A stretch of DNA of 64,000 bases from the human T2T-CHM13v2.0 reference genome, Homo sapiens: the NCBI RefSeq assembly GCF_009914755.1, contig NC_060937.1. One strand, given 5' to 3'. Positions 57,687 to 64,000 of this stretch are shown here, one piece after another. A program made the translations under genes and the position numbers. The notes under the pieces are model-generated. The model was given only the letters and a program-made list of their open reading frames with translations, searched no databases and was not told the DNA's origin. Each line of letters starts with the position of its first letter. Within the stretch, counting starts at the first letter, position 1.

Positions 57687-58318
57687 TAAGAACGCTTAAT
57701 ACTACTGTCTTAGCAAATGTTAAAGTACACAAGACAGTATTATTAGCTATAGTTACCAGGTTGTATATTAGAGCTACAGAACTTATTCATCTTATGACGG
57801 AATGTTTGTGCATTTTGATCCACATCTCCTCATTTTCCCCACTCACTCCCCAGGCTCTGACAACCACTGTTTTCCTCTCTATTTCTATGAATTCAATTTT
57901 TTTAGATTCCACATATAGGTGAGATCATTCAGTATTTGTCTTCCTCTATCTTGTTTTTCATTTAGCATAATGTCCCCAAGTTCATCCATGTTGTCGCAAA
58001 TGGCCAGATCTTCTTTTTTTAAGGCTTAATATTATTGAATTATGTGTGCATATACACAGATACACACACACACACATAAGCACACTTGAAGATTGTGAAT
58101 AATGGTATAGTGAACATGAGACATAGGAGTGCAGATATCTCTTTGAGATATTGATTTCATTTCCTTTGGATGTATATTCAGAAGTGGAATTGCTAGATCA
58201 TATTGTAGTTCTATTTTTTAATTTTTTGAGGAAACACAATACTGGTTATCATGATGGTTGTGCCAATTTACAAATTCCTACCAACAGTGTACAAATGTTG
58301 CCTTTTCTCCACAACCCA
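57505..58318 (-). mobile_element. L1MA (MA8/9-like) 3' end containing (TG)n at ~57656-57685
   Basis: ggtataattgacaaaattgtat...gtggtaagaacgcttaa...ttagattccacatataggtgagatcat...gaagtggaattgctagatcatat. Confidence 0.88.
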
Positions 58319-58901
58319 TCAGTTTTTTCCCCTCTCCCTCTCTCTGTGAGACTCCGTGATCAATCTTAGCATTTTGCCTACTATACATTTTGTTCTTTTG
58401 ATACAGTACATTCTGATTTGATACATTACATTCTCTGAAAGACTACTTTGAAAACAAATCTCCTGAGTCTTTACATAAGATTTTTTTCCATGTACCTCAT
58501 TATTTTTACACTTCATTTGGCATCTAGTTCTCACATTTCACAATTATTTTTTCTTAAAATGGTGATGACTTGCTTCATGCTTTCTAGCATCCATTGTTGA
58601 GTAAAGCCAGATGATATTACATACACTGATAACACTCCACTGAAACATTTTCCCTATATTCAACCCTGATTAGAATGATACAAAACCTAACATGTTTCAA
58701 TCTTCACCTGATTTGTATACCTATCAAAGTCTGACACTGCTTACCAAACTTTTCTTATTAAAACACCACCTTCTGCCAGTGTCTGTGGCAATATTCTCTC
58801 CTAGCTTTCCTCATAGCTATCTACCAGTTCCATCTATGTCCGCTTTATGAGTGGTTCTCCATAATGAATAAGGCAATTCCTTGCACATACAGAGTTATCA
58901 C

Positions 58902-59230
58902 TGTGTGTGTGAGTGTGTGAGTGTGTGTGTATATATATATATAGTGTATATACACACAATAGGTATTATATATGTATTCTATATGGTATATATTCACTGC
59001 ATATATATCCACTATATATACTATATATACAATCTATATATCATGTATACTCTCACATATTATATTGTACATAATATATAGTATATATATGATATATAAT
59101 ATCCTATATATCTTATATATACTATATATCATATCCCATATATACTATATATACTATCACATGTATAACATATATATCACAAACATATATATACTACATA
59201 TATATATATCTCACACACATATATATATCT
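58902..59230. repeat. (TG)n followed by a long degenerate (TA)-rich tract
   Basis: Direct reading. Confidence 0.92.
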
Positions 59231-59239
59231 AAATACTGC

Positions 59240-60070
<831 letters not shown>

Positions 60071-60088
60071 GTACATAAGCAAAGTAAC

Positions 60089-61456
60089 TGTGCCCTCCTA
60101 GGTGCCACTGCAGTCACTCAAGCTGTACCTCTGTACCTGCGGACCCAGGCATCTCTGCACTCTCAGGGTCCAAAGAAGCCTCTCCTGCCCCAGCAGGCTG
60201 AGAAGTGCTTGCGTCCCTTGCCTGGCTTCTTCTTGCTTCCAGTGCCCACTCTAAACTCAGAGTAAAGTTGAGGCCAAACCTGGATGCTCTTGCAATCTGG
60301 TCAGGTGTGCATGCTCAGGGCATGGCTGATACGTCAGCTCCTGTGCTGCTTCAGTTCCTTCTGGACTTTGGGTGCTGACGGCATCGGAAGGAAGCCAAGT
60401 AGGGTTGAGGGCAGTTTGGCACGGGCCTGCAGGTGCCCTTTAGTACAAACAGCCTGGGCAATGATGGCAGGAGGCAGGCAGGCTCCTAAGAGAAAAAGGG
60501 CAGGCCCCTAATGAAGTTCCACCTTCAAATCAGGGATGGCCTGAAGCCTGGGGCCAGGCTAACAGACCAGAATGGAAATTTATGGTGCTTTTTTGATCCC
60601 CACCCATGGCCACCCATGAACCAATCAGCATGCAGTTCCTCCCCTCTGAAGCCCATAAAAACCCCGGATTCCGCCAGACTTGGAGAAATGAGGGATAACC
60701 TGCTTACAGAGAAGAGCTACCCACTCCAGGTTCCCCTCTCTACTGAGAGCTGAACACTCATCAGGATGACCTGCCTATGGAGAGAAACTACCCACTGTGG
60801 GTCTCCTCTGAGCTATTCTATCCCTCAGTAAAGCTCCTCTTCACCTTACTCACTCTCCGTTTGTCCACATACCTCATTCTTTCTGGATGTGGGACAAGAA
60901 CCTGGGACCCACTGAATGGCGGGGCTGAAAGAGCTGTAACACAAACAGGACCAAGATATGCCCCTTGCTTGCCAGGTTATGGTTGAGAAGAAGAGAAGAG
61001 AGAAGGAGAGAAAAGCTGCAGCCCTTCAGGGAGCTCAGACCTAGGAGCTCCCTGAGCCAGGGCTGTGAGGCCCTTTTTGAGGCACTGAAATTTCTTGTGT
61101 CTCCAAACTTTCAGGTGTTACCGAATTCCCCAGTGCCAGTGTGGAACCTGCTTGAAGGATGCCTGGTCCAACTGCAGCCTCACAGGGAGCTGGCACTCAT
61201 GCCTGCACCTGGAGTTGCCTGCCCCACTGTAGCCAGTGTGCCTGGCTATGTGCAGTAGCTGGTCTCCATGCTTGTCCACACAGCTCTCACTGTTTCACCT
61301 GCCCTTGGCAGGCATGGGATCCAGGCCAGTAGCATGAGCCAAGCACAGCCTGCTAGGCGGAATAGGCCCAGTGGGCCCAAGAAAAACTTGGGCAAAGGCA
61401 CCACTGGCCATAGAGGTTTCCAGCTGTTGAAGCCACACCCCAAGGATCTCGTAACA
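60089..61456 (+). mobile_element. MER52-family ERV1 LTR, probably 5'-truncated
   Basis: GC-rich; ggacccaggcatctctgcactctc...ccaatcagcatgcagttcctcccctctgaagcccataaaaaccccgga...agaggtttccagctg...caccccaaggatctcgtaaca. Confidence 0.85.
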
Positions 61457-62596
61457 TTCCCACGAGTCCTACTTAACTCTACATCCTCATCTCTCATCAG
61501 TTTCCTCATTTTGGTTATCATCACCTTGGCTTTCTTCTGTTCCTAATGTGTATCTCATTCTTTCTTAATGAGATAACCTTTTAACCTACTTGTCCATTTG
61601 CATGAAATAATCTTTGCTTATATTCTATCTTTCATGAGATTGTGTGGTTCACCTATTCAGAGTGAAATTACCTTCTCTATTCCTGTTTCCCAGGCTGGGT
61701 CCATTTTTGTTTGTTTGTTTGTTTTTGTTATTGTTTTAGCTCACAGAATCTTTTTCTTTTTTAGGTCACTTAATTCAATTTTAATTGTGAATGTATGTGT
61801 ATGATTATTTAACTAATGCCTGTTTTCTCTACTAAAATCTAAGATCTGTGAGAGCAAGCACTCTTCTATTTTCGTTCTTGGTCTATGCTTACTACAGAAC
61901 CTGGAAAGCAATAGACACCTAACTAAAGTCTGTACAATTATTTAGCCAAAGCATAAGTCATGAATGGGAGACCAAGTCCAGAAATGATGAGGGATAAGGG
62001 GATTTGAAGCTGTTTTTTACATTGATGCAAAACATAAAAAAATACAGAGTTATCTGAATAGTGTTTCCTGTCCTTGAAAAAGCAAGCATAATGATCTCTA
62101 TTAGTCTATTTTATCCCACAAGCCCCAAGAAAAAGCAAATAATTGAATTTATCTCTTATAGTTTTAAGTCATTTTTCTATAGTGAACATTCACCAACTTT
62201 CACTTTTCTCTTGCTTAATTTCATTAATTTGTTTTTAAGACCTTCCCTTTCAGGATATTATTTATGATGCTACCTAAAATAAACGATCTATAAATAATAA
62301 TTCAGATAACTTTTATCTGTTTAGATAAAAATAAACAAGTTTAGCATTTCATTGTTTACAATGATAATTCCCAGTGAAACTGGCATAGCCTAAGAAAGGT
62401 AGAATGGTGATTCATTGGACCAAAGTAAAGAATTATTCGAGCTTTTATTTATATCTGTTATAAATCTAAAGTATGAAATAAATTAAGTTGTAATAATATC
62501 TAATATATAAATTGATACATATCAGAAAGTGATGTATTTGATTAGATTGAAAAGAGAAATAAGAAAACTGCATGAATTAGCCAAATTTATTTAGTG

Positions 62597-62597
<1 letters not shown>

Positions 62598-62639
<42 letters not shown>
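62598..62639. repeat. (TG)n microsatellite, ~21 perfect units
   Basis: Direct reading. Confidence 0.97.
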
Positions 62640-62640
<1 letters not shown>

Positions 62641-63398
62641 CTTACAAACTCCACTTAATAATCTCCACTACCTGATTAGGAATCCATTGTACTCTGATAT
62701 CCAGATATTATTGAGTTAACAGAAAAGCACTAATATATTTCTTCTTCCTTAGACAATAATGAAAGAGCTTATAGAGTTAAAATACACGTAAGACAGAAAG
62801 ACGCTTTGCATATGTAATGTCAACCTACGTCCACTGTAGGGAAAGTAAAATTTCTTGTTAGTGTTGCTTACATATCTTATGATTCTGAGTAGTTAGTAAA
62901 GGTTTCTGAAAATAATGATTTTGAGTTTGAACAAGCATATTTTGTTCAAGTAATTAAAGTTTTGGTGAAACTAAAGACAGCATCACCTTCATTGCTAGCT
63001 CTAACTTTTAATTTTATACCTTTGTAAGTAGCATTGATTTGTCATAGTTATAAATTATGTATCCAATAAAAGGAAAATAAAAGAATAAAACAGCTTAACG
63101 GTTTAGGCCAAAAGTTTGGCCTTACATTGACTTCATTTTTAAAATGTTTGCTTTATGTAAATCATTATTCCAGTCAAATTTAATCAAAATTCATACACAA
63201 GATACATTGTGAATATGCCACAATATGTTAATATTAGGATTATTGTTTTAAAATATGCGGAGACTTGTCCAACTAGCCAAAATAATTGCTTTACTTTCAC
63301 TATAAACTAATGTGCTAAGTTGTTGAACAAGTTTTAGAATATTACCCTCATCCTTAACTGAACTGGCCAAATTTTATTTTATAGACTGTATAATGTAG

Positions 63399-63725
<327 letters not shown>

Positions 63726-64000
63726 TGGCTTTACTTTTAACTAGTCTAATTGAAATGAAATTGAAATGCACCTAATATTATTCCAATTTCTGGCTACATT
63801 ATTTTAAACCATGTGTACCCTGGAATAGCACTAATTAATAAAGTGTTACTATACCCTTATTTTATTCTTCATCAGTATATATATTTTTAAAAACATGCAT
63901 TTTTATTTAAATACTTACACTTGGCTCCTATTTCTTAGTGCAATCATTTAAACTCTACCAATTAACTATAAAATATTAATAAGAAGTTAGCTGTTTAAAA

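Noticed and set aside
58881-59232. Tyr/Ile-rich ORFs
   Set aside because: Translation of a TA-rich simple repeat
60284-61546. Cluster of ORFs in a GC-rich region as a gene or CpG-island promoter
   Set aside because: Lies within a MER52 LTR and is CpG-depleted

Overview
AT-rich primate (very probably human) non-coding DNA, intergenic or deep intronic. I recognise no intact protein-coding gene; the listed ORFs are mostly repeat-derived or chance. The only gene-derived feature I can identify is a disabled processed RPL32 pseudogene (~44.91-45.44 kb, +) directly behind the poly(A) tail of an L1 3' end. The rest is layered transposable elements: about 18 Alu copies or fragments, L1 pieces of several ages, L2/MIR, MaLR elements (a near-complete MST provirus plus THE1, MST and MLT1 solo LTRs), ERV1/ERVL LTRs including MER52, MER5/Tigger1 DNA-transposon relics and microsatellites. 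I found no convincing new biological system. The most unusual items are a CpG-rich, doubly deleted mini-Alu with a G-rich tail (50.6 kb), a three-arm nested Alu (34.1-34.65 kb), a 24-bp VNTR inside L1 ORF2, an apparent microhomology Alu-L1 deletion junction and an E-box/NFI motif cluster at 54.3-54.8 kb. Subfamily names come from recalled consensus sequences and boundaries are approximate; both need RepeatMasker/Dfam confirmation.
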